In this document: piece by piece, positions 11,735 through 24,634 of the stretch
Layout of the letters: every line of letters starts with the position of its first letter
How positions within the stretch are numbered: the first letter of the stretch is position 1
Assembly: GCF_018350175.1 (NCBI RefSeq)
Contig: NC_058383.1
Coordinates: forward strand, 28,770,001-28,834,000
Direction: 5' to 3'
DNA: 64,000 nt
Source of the DNA: Felis catus
Lineage: Eukaryota
Program-made: the position numbers and the translations under genes
The notes under the pieces: model-generated
What the model saw: the letters and a program-made list of their open reading frames with translations, nothing else
Told to the model about the DNA's origin: nothing
Databases searched by the model: none

Positions 11735-12214
11735 TTTTTAAATTTTTATTTATTTCAAGAGAGAGAGCCATCCAGCACGCCAGCAGGAGAGGGGCAGAGA
11801 GAGAGGGAGAGAGAGAGAATCCCAAGCAGGCTCCACACTGTCAGCGCAGAGACCCTCGAGGAGTTAAATCTCACCACCATGAGATCATGACCTGAGCCAA
11901 AATCAGGAGTCAGATGCTTAACTGACTGAGCCACCCAGGCACCACCCCTCCCTTCTATTTGTTTACCCTATTTTATTTCATTTTAGGGTTTTTTTTTTAA
12001 TTTTTTTTAACGTTTTTATTTATTTTTTTGGGACAGAGAGAGACAGAGCATGAACGGGGGAGGGGCAGAGAGAGAGGGAGACACAGAATCGGAAACAGGC
12101 TCCAGGCTCCGAGCCATCAGCCCAGAGCCTGACGCGGGGCTCGAACTCCCGGACCGCGAGATCGTGACCTGGCTGAAGTCGGACGCTTAACCGACTGCGC
12201 CACCCAGGCGCCCC
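11735..12214 (-). mobile_element. Two Can-SINEs (about 11735-11945 older; about 11999-12214 young SINEC_Fc-type)
   Basis: Both on the reverse strand; the young copy is flanked by a TAGGGTTTTTTTTT duplication. Confidence 0.9.
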
Positions 12215-12577
12215 TAGGGTTTTTTTTTTAACTCTTGGCTTTTCATTTTGAAAGGATTCCAGACTTCAAAAAAATTGCAAAAATTGTACAAGAGTTCCCA
12301 TATAGGCATCACCCAAGCTTCCCCAAATACTGACGTCTTGCGTAACCATAGTACAATGATCAAAGCAAGAGAGCAGTCGCTGATGTCATACCATTACCTA
12401 ATCTACAGACCTTATTCAAATTATTGCCAATCGTCCCCCTGAAGTCCTTTTTCCAGTCTGGCATCCAACCCCTGATCACTCTGCATGGCACTGAATCGTT
12501 ACGTATCTATCACCATAGTCTCCACTCAGGGGCACTAACCTGTTACTTTGCAGACTTCCTCCACGTGTCAATCCCAT

Positions 12578-12937
12578 TGTTAGGGGATGAATTGTGTCCC
12601 TCCCAAAATTCATAAGCCCCAATATCTCAGAATGGGGCTGTTTGGGATATAGGGTCTTTAGATGGGACCCTAGTCCAATCTGCCTAGTGTCCTGATAAGA
12701 GAAAATCTGGACACACAAATGGGCACCAGGGTAATGCATACACAGAGGAAACACTGTGTGGGGACACAGTGAGAAGGAGGCTCTCTGCAAGCCAAGGAGA
12801 GAGGCCTCCAGAGAAACCAGCCCGGCTAATACCTTGGCCTCAGACTTTAGTCTCCTGAACTATGAGAAAAATACAGTTATTTTTTAACCCACTTCATCTG
12901 TGGTATTTTGTTCTGGCAACTCTAGCCGACTAACACA
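12578..12937 (+). mobile_element. MaLR solo LTR (MLT1-like)
   Basis: TG...CA ends; TGAATTGTGTCCCTCCCAAAATTCAT start, GCCAAGGAGAGAGGCCTC, TGTGGTATTTTGTT end. Confidence 0.8.
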
Positions 12938-13049
12938 CCCATTCTCTTCAATTCTTGGGAATCTACCAATTTCTGTGTTCTTTGACCCTTTCTATTTGCG
13001 TAAGTCAGCATCTAGGCATTCTTCCCCAGCCCACCCCACCCCCTCATTC

Positions 13050-13276
13050 TGTTGTCACATAATCTTTTCTGACTCTGACCCACCTGCCTTCCTCTTAGAA
13101 GGACCCTTGTGATTACAGTCAGCCCATCTGGATAATCCAGAATAATCCCCATATATCAAGATCCGTTCCTCAAGGGTCATCTACAAAGTCCCTTTTGCCA
13201 TGTAAAATAATGTATTCGCAGGTTCTGGGGATTCAGATGTGGACTTCTTTGGAGGACCAGTATTCAGCCTACTGTA
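13050..13276 (-). mobile_element. MaLR LTR fragment (MLT1-like)
   Basis: AAGGACCCTTGTGATTACA...GGATAATCCAGAATAATC...ATTCAGCCTACT. Confidence 0.7.
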
Positions 13277-13434
13277 ACTCCCCTTTATCGTGTCCTCCTT
13301 CTCTGTAACCCTTCTGATCTCTTCTGACAGCAACTGATCATGTTAGCTGAAATCCAGCTGTCCATTTCTCCATGTGTAGAGATTAGGCCCGTTTGTCCAC
13401 ACTTTTTCATTCATTCACTTAATTGATCGGTATT

Positions 13435-14210
13435 CTTTTTTTTTTTTAAGTTTATTCATTTTTTATTTCTGAGAGAGAGAGCAAGAGAGCGAGCATAAGT
13501 GGGCAGAGAGAAGGAGACAGAGAATCCAAAGCAGGCCCCAGGCTCTGAGCTGTCAGCACGGAGTCTGACGCGGGGCTTGAACTCCCAAGCTGTGAGATCG
13601 TGACAAAAGCCAAAGTTGGATGCTTGACCGACTGAGTCACCCAGGTGCCCCAGTTGGTCATTATTCTTGAGCACTATTATGTGCCAGGCACTAAACTATG
13701 TACTTGTGGCAAGGATTTGTATTTGCAGGGCCTTTTTTTTTTTTTTTAATTTTTTTTTTTCAACGTTTATTTATTTTTGGGACAGAGAGAGACAGAGCAT
13801 GAACGGGGGAGGGGCAGAGAGAGAGGGAGACACAGAATCGGAAACAGGCTCCAGGCTCTGAGCCATCAGCCCAGAACCCGACGCGGGGCTCGAACTCACG
13901 GACCGCGAGATCGTGACCTGGCTGAAGTCGGACGCTTAACCGACTGCGCCACCCAGGCGCCCCTGCAGGGCCTTTTTAAAAAAATCTAAAATCTAATCCC
14001 TGGGGCACTTGGCTGGTTCAGTCAGTTACGCATCTGAGTCTTGATTTTGGCTCGTGTCGGGATCTCACAGTTCTTGGGATGGAGCCCCATGTCGGACTCT
14101 GCACTGACAGTGCGGAGCCTGCTTGCGATTCTCTCTCTCCCTCTCTCTCTGCCCCTCCCCCACCCGCTCGTTTCCTCTCTCTCAAAATAAATAAACATTA
14201 AAAACAAAAC
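13435..14210. mobile_element. Cluster of three SINEs: ~13435-13650 (-), young 13738-13963 (-), ~14002-14205 (+)
   Basis: Young copy has TSD TGCAGGGCCTTTTT at 13724-13737 and 13964-13977. Confidence 0.9.
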
Positions 14211-14377
14211 TAATTCCTGCCTACATGGGGGGTGGGGGGGGGGCAGTGTGGCCTTCGTTACGAAAAAAAGAAAATCGCCCTCATTATTCCTACACAACTG
14301 CCTTGACCAGGTTTGTTAGGGAGAAAAACAGAGCAAAATTGGAGACTGGAAACAGGGAAGCGGGGTGGAGAGGGGTT

Positions 14378-14574
14378 CGAGTTGCCAGATCAAATACAGG
14401 ATGCCCAGTTAACTTGCAATCTTCAGACGAGCCCTGCATAACGTTTTAGTGTCGGTATGCTCCGTGCAATATTCAGGACACACACTAAAAAAAATTTCAC
14501 TGCTCCTCTGAAATGCAAAGTTAATGGGGCACGCTCTATTTTTTTTTAATTTATTCTGCTAAATCTGGCACCCC
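14378..14574. mobile_element. Short non-autonomous hAT DNA transposon (MER53-like)
   Basis: Inverted ends GTTGCCAGAT...ATCTGGCACC; internal AATACAGGATGCCCAGTTAA. Confidence 0.7.
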
Positions 14575-15772
14575 CAAAGGATGGTGCTGACAGTCATTGA
14601 GGGACCACTACGCGTGTCCATTATCTACGAGGCACCCGATGCATTAACTCATTGACTCCTCACAGAAGCCCAGTGAGGCGGAGTGCTGACAATCCTCAGG
14701 GGGCCACGTATCCTCCAAAAATCTCCCGCGATCTTTATCAAGCAGCTCAACAGATTTGCTTAATGGGAGTTGAAAGAAAGAGAAATAAATACTAAGAAGG
14801 CTGACATGCTTTTACATGAGTTGCTATATACTTGTGTCTTCCTAAAAACAATAGAAAATCCAGTTAGTAAGGACAATCTATTACTCAAGCAAACGCTGAA
14901 GGACCCGCAAGGCCTTCAAACAAGAGGCGATGTTCTAAGATGAATTAAGTCGTTACATTGATGCTTCCTCATCTGTGCAGGCTGTGATTCAGAGCCCTCC
15001 GGCAATAACGAGGCAAGGCTTTCCACGTGACATTAATATCCCTGAGCAGCGCGGGGCAGGGTAGCTGGAGAACCGAGTGCTGTGTTAAAATTTAACAGAG
15101 GAGTTTCGTGAGGAAGCTCTGGGAATAAAGCACTGATGTGGGAGCTGAGTTTCAGTTTACAACTAAGGGTCACATTAAAACTACATTAGCATGATTACAA
15201 TGAGGCTTCTCGTAAGTTATTGTTTCACGTTATTTAAATGAATCGGGGCTTCTTACGAACCACTGAGTGCGCCACGGTGTCTAAAACCTCCTGGCTCCTC
15301 CTGAAGACGTCTCTGAAATTTCTACTGACAAACTAAAGGTTTCCAAGCTTAAAAAAGGCCGCAAGACTGACAGGTCTGTTTTCCAAAGCGCAGAGAAAGC
15401 AATCAGTTAAGGCTACCCCTAAAAAAAAAAAAAAAAAAAGTCACTGAAGCTCTTCAAACCTTTTCAAAATCACCTATAAGACATGACTTGTCTCCGGGAA
15501 TGGGCACAGAGCAGGAAACTGTCTTTCTCCTTGTCACCTGAAATGAGGTTCAAGGGAGGCTGGCAAGGATACTATGGAAACCTCCCTCGTTCCTCGTTTG
15601 TTTGCCCACCCATCCCTTCATTCCAGAGCCCTCCCTTCTTAAAGAAGGCTCTGGAATTTCCCCAGCAGTGATCCAAACAGAAGGGAGCTACGTGTGCCCG
15701 GCAAGCACAAGGTTTTCGTTTCGTGTGGCTGCAGGTGGATAAAAAAGAGCCATGCTTTATGCAAATTTGACT

Positions 15773-16259
15773 ACAGCAGTCCCATCCTCCCACCCCCCAC
15801 CCGGCCCTACCCCTTATCTGCGCTTTGTGGGACCAGAGGTCAACCCCTACCAGGAAGCAAGTGATCCACCTTGTGACGAATCCTCAGAGGGTCAATCATA
15901 GCCTAACCTGAGGTCACATCGCCTAAGTCACTCACAGCACTTCATGTCATTGTGTGGACATTTTATCACCTCCCGTCACCACAAGAAGGGTGAGTACAGG
16001 ACAATAAGATATTTTGAGAGACCACATTCACATAACTTTTGTTACAGATTATAGTTACAATTGCTCTATTTTATCACGAGTTACTGTTTTGAATCTCTCG
16101 CTGTGCCTGATTTATAGATTACACTTTATCATAGGTAGGTATGTGTGGGGAAAAAAACCCTAGCTTATACGGTATATATGTTCAGTACTGTCCGAGGGTT
16201 CAGGCATCCACTGGAGGGATCTTGCAATATATCCCCGGACGATAAGGGGGGACCTGTTG
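15773..16259. mobile_element. Tigger-family DNA transposon (MER44-like)
   Basis: Degenerate TIRs CAGCAGTCCC..CCCCTTATC / GATAAGGGGGGACCTGTTG flanked by TA; internal ACAAGAAGGGTGAGTACAG..CAATAAGATATTTTGAGAG. Confidence 0.75.
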
Positions 16260-16585
16260 TATGACTTTTTTTTTAAGGTTATTTTTATTTGGATGGATTT
16301 TCTTTGAATGATGAATGGGATTGAATAGGATTGAATAGGGGTGGGAGTAAGAGGCACCACCCACTGCTCGATCCCTATCTGAATGTGCACCAGGAGGTAA
16401 AGAACAGGCACTCCAGATGGAAAAGTTCAGAAGGAAGGTTAGAAGGAGGAAGATAGATAGAAGCCCGCTTCCCGCCAGAGTCTCAGTTTCTCCTGTTAAC
16501 AGAAATGATATTAAGCAATTCTGTCACGAAATCATAGCATTTCAGCTCCGATGTGGAAAAACCTTGTCTAAAAATTCTGTCTCAC

Positions 16586-17272
16586 GGCACCTACGTGTCT
16601 TAGTCGGTTGAGCATCTGACTTCAGCTCAGGTCATGATCTCGCAGTTCGTGAGTTCTAGCCCCACATCGGGCTGTCAGCACAGAGCCCGCTCCGAATCCT
16701 CTGTCCCCCTCTCCCTACCCCTCCCCTGCTTTTGCTCTCTCAAAAATAAGTAAATATTTTTTAAAAATTGTGTCTCCATGACCTAGGCAATTCTCATACC
16801 TTTGACATTGACACAAATTATGTGAAAGGTGCTTGGATCAATATCATGGGTTTTAGGACATTTTGATGTTGGCCAGAGGTGAAACAAAATACGGAGGCTA
16901 AAACTCTATCTGTTCTTTGCTCTTGTTTAGAAATTTGGAATACTTCCTCATCCTTCTATCCTGCCTCCAGTAGAATACTGAAACATGGCAATAGATTTCT
17001 TAACAGGGATGGTGGGCTTTATAGATCCCACCTGCAACTTGGTATTTTGAACTATTTTTTTTTATGTTTATTTTGAGAGAAAGAGAAAGCATGAACAGGA
17101 GAGGGGCAGAGAGAGAGGAAGAGAGAGGATCCCAAGCAAGCTCTGTGCTAACAGCTCGTGGGGGGGTGGGCGGGGGCTCGATGAGGGGCTCTGTCTCATG
17201 AACCAGGAGATCATGACCTGAGCCAAAATTAAGTGTCAGAAACTTAACCGACTGAGCCACCCAGGCAACCCA
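16586..17272. mobile_element. Two Can-SINEs: ~16586-16765 (+) and ~17055-17272 (-)
   Basis: Typical heads and tails; the second has TSD CAACTTGGTATTTT. Confidence 0.85.
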
Positions 17273-17804
17273 CAACTTGGTATTTTAAGATGGTTCTATT
17301 TGAAAGAAATATTTGAAGTAGAGTGTTTCTCTGGCAAAGGAAGTCTGTTTTCATCAGCTTTATTTTAAGCAACTATTTCTCACAATTGGTGTGGGATAAT
17401 AGAGCAATTAAATTTATTTTATTAATTTTCCATTGTTAATTTTGGGGGAAAAGAAATACTTTTGCAAGTCCTCCTAAAATACATTAAAAAGAGATGAAAT
17501 TTAAAAATCTGAAACCATGGAAAACCCAACATCAGAGGGAGCTTTAAAGATAGTACATATTCAACATGCAGATGAATTAAGCATTTCCACATAAAAGGTG
17601 AATTAATTATGGAGACGTTTCTTTTCCAATTATGCTTTTTTTGAACTCTGAAACTCCAATTACTGTAGGAAATGTATGACTCTACTAATATGTGGGAGAA
17701 ATAACTAATTAGTAGAATACGGATCTAGGGATCGGTTTAGTACTCTATTCGTCTGATCCAATCAGAGAGAGAAATCACGTTGTAATAAGAAAAGGGAACG
17801 TATA

Positions 17805-18719
17805 CGGTCGATTCTTACTCTTCAAAGTAGATATATTGCATAAAGTTGCTATGCACCTTAAATTAGCAAATGTTGAACCATTACTTTTCCAGGATTAGGT
17901 TCCCTTGAGCCTCTGGTCACAGCATTTTCATCAACTGATGAATCCATAAACTCGTTTTGTGTTTCTGTTGAAGGGCACCCTATTTAATATGTACTGTTGA
18001 TTCATTAGCGTTGATCGCAGCCAACAACATTATATAACTCGTGTCTGAACAAAGCTTATCTATAGGCGTTTTCTGTTGAAGCCTCACGACAGCCTTCTTG
18101 CGCTCAGGAATGCTAACCACTGCTTTAAGCGCTACGTTTAAGGGCCATTTTAAATAGCGAATTCACGGGGCGGCTGGGTGGCGCAGTCGGTTAAGCGTCC
18201 GACTTCAGCCAGGTCACGATCTCGCGGTCTGTGAGTTCGAGCCCCGCGTCGGGCTCTGGGCTGATGGATGGCTCAGAGCCTGGAGCCTGTTTCCGATTCT
18301 GTGTCTCCCTCTCTCTCTGCCCCTCCCCTGCTCATGCTCTGTCTCTGTCCCAAAAATAAATAAAAATGCCCAAAAATAAAAAATGTTGAAAAAAAATTTA
18401 AATAGCGAATTCACTCAGAGCACAAAAACTGAAGAAAACCTGGCACTAAATAGATTGAGAAAGGGACACTTAATAGATTGAGAAAGGGACACTTGTTTAC
18501 AGGCTGAGAGCTGCGATATGAAGACAGAGCGTCACCTGGTTCAATGGCAGCTGGGAACACACAAGCTGGATGACTCAAATGTGTTGCTGCTCTGTGCGTG
18601 CACATGACACTTCAAATGACAGCAAAAGCATCAGGAGTGTAGATGTGGGGGTTCCAAACAAACTTTAGCAGAGCAGTTGGGTTTCCAAATATGGAACCCA
18701 CCAATAATGAGGATTGACT
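17805..18719. mobile_element. Tigger-family DNA transposon (MER82-like) interrupted by a young SINE (18167-18399, +)
   Basis: Degenerate TIRs CGGTCGATTCTT / AATAATGAGGATTGACT; SINE TSD AAATAGCGAATTCAC at 18152-18166 and 18400-18414. Confidence 0.7.
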
Positions 18720-19059
18720 CCATATGGAATTGCTGATGGGGAATTGGAATAATGAGGGGTTGGAAAACAAGAGAACTCTGAAGAGTATACAAAGGGACAG
18801 CTGCTGTCCCTCCTCCTGCGACTGAGATGAAACACTCAAGGAAGAACTCTCCTCACTCCCAGGGCTGAGATCCTGATCTTGTTGGGAGGACACAGCCGCG
18901 GCTTACTGAAAGGCAAAGTCAGTGGCTAGAAAGGCCTGCTAGCTGCTGGCATTTGCTGGAAATCTGCCCTCTGGGGTAAGCTGTTATGGGGCAGTGTCTC
19001 ATTAGAGGTCCTCTGTTACAAAACCACTAGAGACAGGGTGCCAACAGGGGATACCATGA

Positions 19060-19487
19060 TTTATAATAAGAGATATATATTTGATCTTCATTCTGTTTCT
19101 GGCTGAGAGTTCCTAAAACCCTTGGAATTTCCTGAGCAATCAGAAAGCATTTTTTGTTATAGAATTTGATTTTTTTTGTACTCAGCTCCTGAAATAGCTC
19201 CAGAGCCTTAAAGCTGAAAGGAGTGTCTTAGTATTCGTCCCAAGCCCCTTTCAACCACACCCGAGTTCGCGTTTGTGTGAATGAAGTGACTCTTGAAAGC
19301 CTTTAAGGAGGCGTGGCGGGAGGGGCGGGGGCTATTTCCAGCAGAACCAATCAGGTGATTAGAGGGTGGGATGTTTCAGCTCCACCCCCAGCCGCCTACC
19401 TCCAGGGAAGGGACAGGGGGTGGAGCCTGAGTTCAATCACCAGTGACCAATGATACAATGAATCATGCCTGTGTAATGAAGCCTCCA

Positions 19488-19518
<31 letters not shown>

Positions 19519-19644
19519 TGAGTTCAGAGAGCTTCTGGGGTGGTGAATACGTGGAGATTTGTAGAGAGTGGGGCCCTCAGATGTGGGTTCCACATCCTTT
19601 CCCCCTATCTCGCCCTATGCTTCTCTTTCATTTTGCCTTATATC
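19060..19644 (+). mobile_element. ERVL-type LTR fragment (MER21-like), 3'-truncated
   Basis: CCTAAAACCCTTGGAATTTCCTGAG, ACCAAT..GTGATTAGAGGGT, AATCATGCCTGTGTAATGAAGCCTCCAT, GAGAGCTTCTGGG. Confidence 0.65.
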
Positions 19645-20599
19645 CTTTTTTTTTTTTGTAGACTTTATTTGATTATTTTGAGAAAGAGAGAGAGAGTACA
19701 AGCAGGGGAGGGGCAGAAAGAGAGGGAGAGAGAGACAATCCCACCATTCTCTCTCTCTGCCTCTCCCCTGCACCTTCTGTTTCAAAATAAATAAATAAAC
19801 TTAAAAAAAAAGTAAAGCTTATATTACACATGCCATTTTCTTTCCTTTTTGAATTAACAGCATATCATCATCCCGTGTCAATAGGAAGGTTTCCACATCA
19901 CTATTTTTAAAGGTGTGTATTAACCAATTTTACTATAATTTAATCAATTTCTTATATTGTTGAATATATAGGTTGTTTTAACATTTTTACCATTGCATAC
20001 AATGTTGCTGTTGACATTCTCACAGTTAAGTCTTTAACTTCATTATCTTACATGTCTGGTAGTAGAATTTGGGGGAGAAGAGATATGTATATTCTAAGTT
20101 TTTTGTTGTTACTGAATGCCAAATTACATTCAGTTCAGTATAACTGAAACTTATAGAATATTTAATAATAGTTTGAAATTCTATCAGTAATGCAAAAGAG
20201 TGTTTTCTTCTACTTTAACAGTAGATATTATTAAAAACAAAAAAAAAACCACGTTGATTTGATAAACAAGAATGGTATCTCCTTTGATTTTTACACATTT
20301 GGTCACTAACCATGTTTGTGTGTGTGTGTGTGTTTATTGACCATTTGCACCTTTTCCTTTTTAAATATTTACGTTAATGTTCTTGTTCATTATTCTTTCG
20401 AGCACAAAGTTTTAGAGAAGGCTGAATTGTTTCATAAAATATAAATAAATCTGAAACAAATGAAAAGTAGAATTTACCTTTTTATACTATTTTATCTTTT
20501 TGCAGTGTCACCTAAAATAATCACCATCATCTAAAATTTTACTTTAGGGAAAGAAGACTCTGAAACATAAGTAAAAATTAGCTTAAAATGCAAGATAAA

Positions 20600-20758
20600 G
20601 GGGGCGCCTGGGTGGCTCAGTTGGTTGAGCGTCTGACTTCGGCTCAGGTCTTGATCTCATGGTCCGTGAGTTCAAGCCCCACATCGGGCTCTGTGCTGAC
20701 AGCTCAGAGCCTGGAGCCTGCTTCGATTCTGTGTCTCCCTCTCTCTGCCCCTTCCCCA

Positions 20759-20790
<32 letters not shown>

Positions 20791-23301
20791 AAAAGTAAAT
20801 AAACATTAAAAAAATTGTTTTTAATGGGAGTAACAAAATTCTTTTTCATATGGCTGCCTCAATCTTAACATACCGGCTTCAGATTTTCCAAGGCTTTATG
20901 CCCAACCCTGATTCCATGATATTTGGCTGATGATAGGTCTGTGAATTGCCAGAACTGCTCCAACAGCAAAGAAAGGTCCTTTGAGTAATAGCAAAATCAA
21001 TGGGGATGTCTTCCTCAAGGTTTTGAAAATCAATGATAAATTGTCCATGGTAGTGGTTGGTCTTGCTTAATTTTCCTCTGTTTCCAGCTGATTATCAGTG
21101 AACAAATATTTTCAATGTTTTGGAACAGAGATTTCAAATTTACAGCCTGAGGGATGGATTCATTCATAATTTACTCTCTATTCTCTTATCCTGCTCTATT
21201 TTCCTGTTGGTACTCACAACTAGTTAATATTATATAGCTATTTGTTATCTCTCCCTTCCAATGGAATGTAAGATCCACAAATGCAGAAACTCTTAATAAT
21301 TGTATCCCTGATTCCTAGCATATAGTGGACTCTCAGAAAGTATTTGTTGGATGCATGCATTCAGTAATCATTCACTGAACCCTCACTGCATCCCAGACAC
21401 TGGGCTATCAAGACTTGGGATGTATAATTGCTTGCTTGGCTCACAGAGTGTCTTTAACATGTGATACTCATTTTTTTTTAATGTTTATTTATTTTTGAGA
21501 GAGACAAAGACAGAGCACAAGCAGGGGAGGGGCAGAGAGAGAAGGAGATCCAGAATCTGAAGCAGGCTCCAGGCTCTGAGCTGTCAGCACAGAGCCTGAC
21601 ACAGGGCTCTGAGATCATGACCTAAGCCAAAATCGGACGCTTCACTGACTGAGCCACCCAGACGCCCCAACATGTGATACTCATTAAAACCAGATTGAAA
21701 ACAATGGGAATGTTTGGAAATAAAATCTGTATGTTGTGCCAGTGTGTAAATTCATTATCCATCCATCCATTCATTTCACAACCGTTTTCAGAGTCTACCT
21801 GCTTGTTACTGGGGACAAAATAATATCAAAGACAGACTCTGTCTCTGTGGAAATGGCGTTTCTAGTCTATCCAGAGAGACAGACATTAAATAATAATTAC
21901 AACCGTGCCAAGTGCAGGAGAGAAGTGCAGGTGCATTTATGATGTTTCCCTGAGAAAATGATACTTAAACTTCCACCAGAGAGGTTAGAAGTTTAACAGG
22001 GGGAAGGAAGGCAAGAACAATGCAGTTAAAGAAAACCACTTCTCAGGAAGGAGTCTGCTGTATTATAAGAACAAGGAAGGGGTGCCTGGGTGGCGCAGTC
22101 GGTTAAGCGTCCGACTTCAGCCAGGTCACGATCTCGCGGTCCGTGAGTTCAAGCCCCGCGTCGGGCTCTGGGCTGATGGCTCAGAGCCTAGAGCCTGTTT
22201 CCGATTCTGTGTCTCCCTCTCTCTCTGCCCCTCCCCCGTTCATGCTCTGTCTCTCTCTGTCCCAAAAATAAATAAACGTTGAAAAAAAATTTAAAAAAAA
22301 GAACAAGGAAGAAATGACAGCTCAGACCCAAGGAGGTAGAAGGGGGCCACACCGTTGTGTGGACCACGTGAAGGATGCCTGCTTGGCTCCGTGGATAAGC
22401 CAAGGCTTCCAAGCAGAGGATCGGACTTCTCTGTTTAACAGACTACGTAGGTATGGCAGGGTCCCTGTGTGGAGCTGGAAGTGAGGACAGCTTCGAGAGA
22501 TACTGAGGAGGTTTACATGGAACACTGACAACACTGATTGGAAGGGCCTGGGGAAGGAGAAGCGTGTGAGACACATACCAGGGTTCCTGGCTTGAACCAC
22601 AGGGTGGGTGATGGTACCTTTACTGGGATGAGGAATGTCAGGGAGACCCTCATTTTGGAGGATGAGTTCAATGCCCATCTATGAATGTACATGACTGGAA
22701 CACAAGTTTCAGAAACACGGTTACCCTTTACTGCGTGTGATGCAATCTGATATCTTTTAAATCAACATGATGGAAGGGTATTTTACATATAGTAAAGTAT
22801 ATCCATATTACATGTTTAGTTTAATGAGTTGTGATAAATGTATATACCTCTGCAAACCACTGCAATTCAAATTAAAATTTCTATCACCTCCAAAAACTCC
22901 CCATCACCCATGTGCGGTTAATTACCCTTCATCCCTGGCCACAGGTTTTTGGATGAGTCTGCACTGTCCAGAATTTCACATAATTGGGATTACACAGTAT
23001 ACACATTCATTTATATGTGACTTCTTTCACTCAGCATAATGTTTCTGAGATTCATCTATGACAGCAGTCCACACTATGGCCTATTTTTAAAATTTTTTAA
23101 AAATATTTATTTCTTTATTTATTTTGAGAGAGAGCGTTCATGAGAGTGGGAAAGGAGCAGAGAGAGAGGGAGGGAGAGAAAATCCCAAGCAGGATCCACG
23201 CTGTCAGCAAAGAACCCGGCACGGGTCTCAAACTCACAAACCATGACCTGAGCCGAAATCAAGAGTTGGATGTTCAACCCACTGAGCCACCCAGGCGCCC
23301 C
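20600..23301. mobile_element. SINEs at ~20600-20815 (+), ~21472-21668 (-), 22079-22298 (+, young) and ~23085-23301 (-) among L2 and old L1 remnants
   Basis: Typical SINE structures; TSDs AACATGTGATACTCATT and AAGAACAAGGAAG. Confidence 0.85.
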
Positions 23302-23319
23302 CACTACCTACTTATAGAA

Positions 23320-23578
23320 AGGTCCAAGAGCTAAGAATGGCTTTCTATTTTCAAATGGTTGGGAAAACACTGGAAAAGAACATTTTATGATGTGGAAATT
23401 GTATTAAATTCAAAGTTCAGTGTCCATGAATAAAGTTTTATTAGAACATAGCATTGACTCATTTGTTTACATATTGACAATGACTCATGCTATACAGAAT
23501 TAAGTAGTTGTGACACAGATTGAATGGCCCCCAAAACCTAAAATATTTACCACTTGGGCCTTTATAGAAAATGCCGAC
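23320..23578. mobile_element. hAT-Charlie DNA transposon (MER58-like)
   Basis: GAGCTAAGAATGG..TTTTCAAATGGTTG; AATAAAGTTTTATTAGAACA; CCTAAAATATTTAC..CTTTATAGAAAA. Confidence 0.7.
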
Positions 23579-24634
23579 TTTTATGGTGTTCCACGTGTAA
23601 GTCGTTTGTTCTTTTTCATGCCTGTGTAGTATAGATAGGCAACAAATATTTTTCTTTTTGCCTGATGATGGACATTTGGATTGTTTCTTAGTTACCTTTA
23701 TTCCATATAATGTGCTCTGGTGCTTTCTTTTTCTTTTCTTTATTTCTCTCTCTCTCTCTCTCGCTCTCTCTTTTAGTGCAAAAAAAGGTGATTTTATTAA
23801 AGCACAAAGACAGGACTCACGGGCAGAAAGAGCTGCTCTGATCTTTTCTATCCAGTTCAGGTTTTCAAAATTGCTAGCCACCACCCACTAGGCTGATTTC
23901 ACAACTCATCAGTGGTTTTGACTGTCAGTTTAACAACCACACTGGTATAGACGTTAAAGAAAAAAATGGAGGATACAAGATGGAAGAAAAGAGCATTAGG
24001 GCTGAGTGCTGAGGAAATTCAGCAATTACACATAGGATAGAGGAAGAAGGATGAAGAAGAGACAGTCAGACAGAGAACACAGCCAAGAGAGTTTGATCTC
24101 GGGAAGCAAGGGAAGTGTCGATTTCAACAAAGAAGTGATTATCTGGATCTAATGCAGCTGAGACATCATGTAAGCTGGATGGGGATGATTTTAGTGAGAT
24201 TTGTTTGGGTGGAATGAAGGCACTGAAACCACATTGAGATGAGTCGGTGGAATGTGCGTGATGAAAATTGAGACCATAAGTGTAACTGGAGGGAGCTATG
24301 GATGGGCTCCACTGAGGAGTCTTTGTCTGCCTGGTTTTGGTGTGCCTTTTTTTTTTTTTTTTTAATGTGAAAACCACAAGAGTGTTTAAAGAACACTAAA
24401 AGGCAAGTATAACCTGAATTTTACAGATGAGTAAACTAAAACAGTGCAAAGTCAAGCAACTGGCCCAAGTAGCTTTTCAGTTTGAAGAGCTCCGATTCAC
24501 TTGGGTCTACAATCTGAGCTCTGACAGTGTGCTATTCTAAAAACCAAGAAAAAGCTAGCCCATAGGTAATCCAACAGTTGTACCTGTGATTTACAAGTCT
24601 GCAATTGTAGGAATACTTTTAAAGTCTTTGGTAG

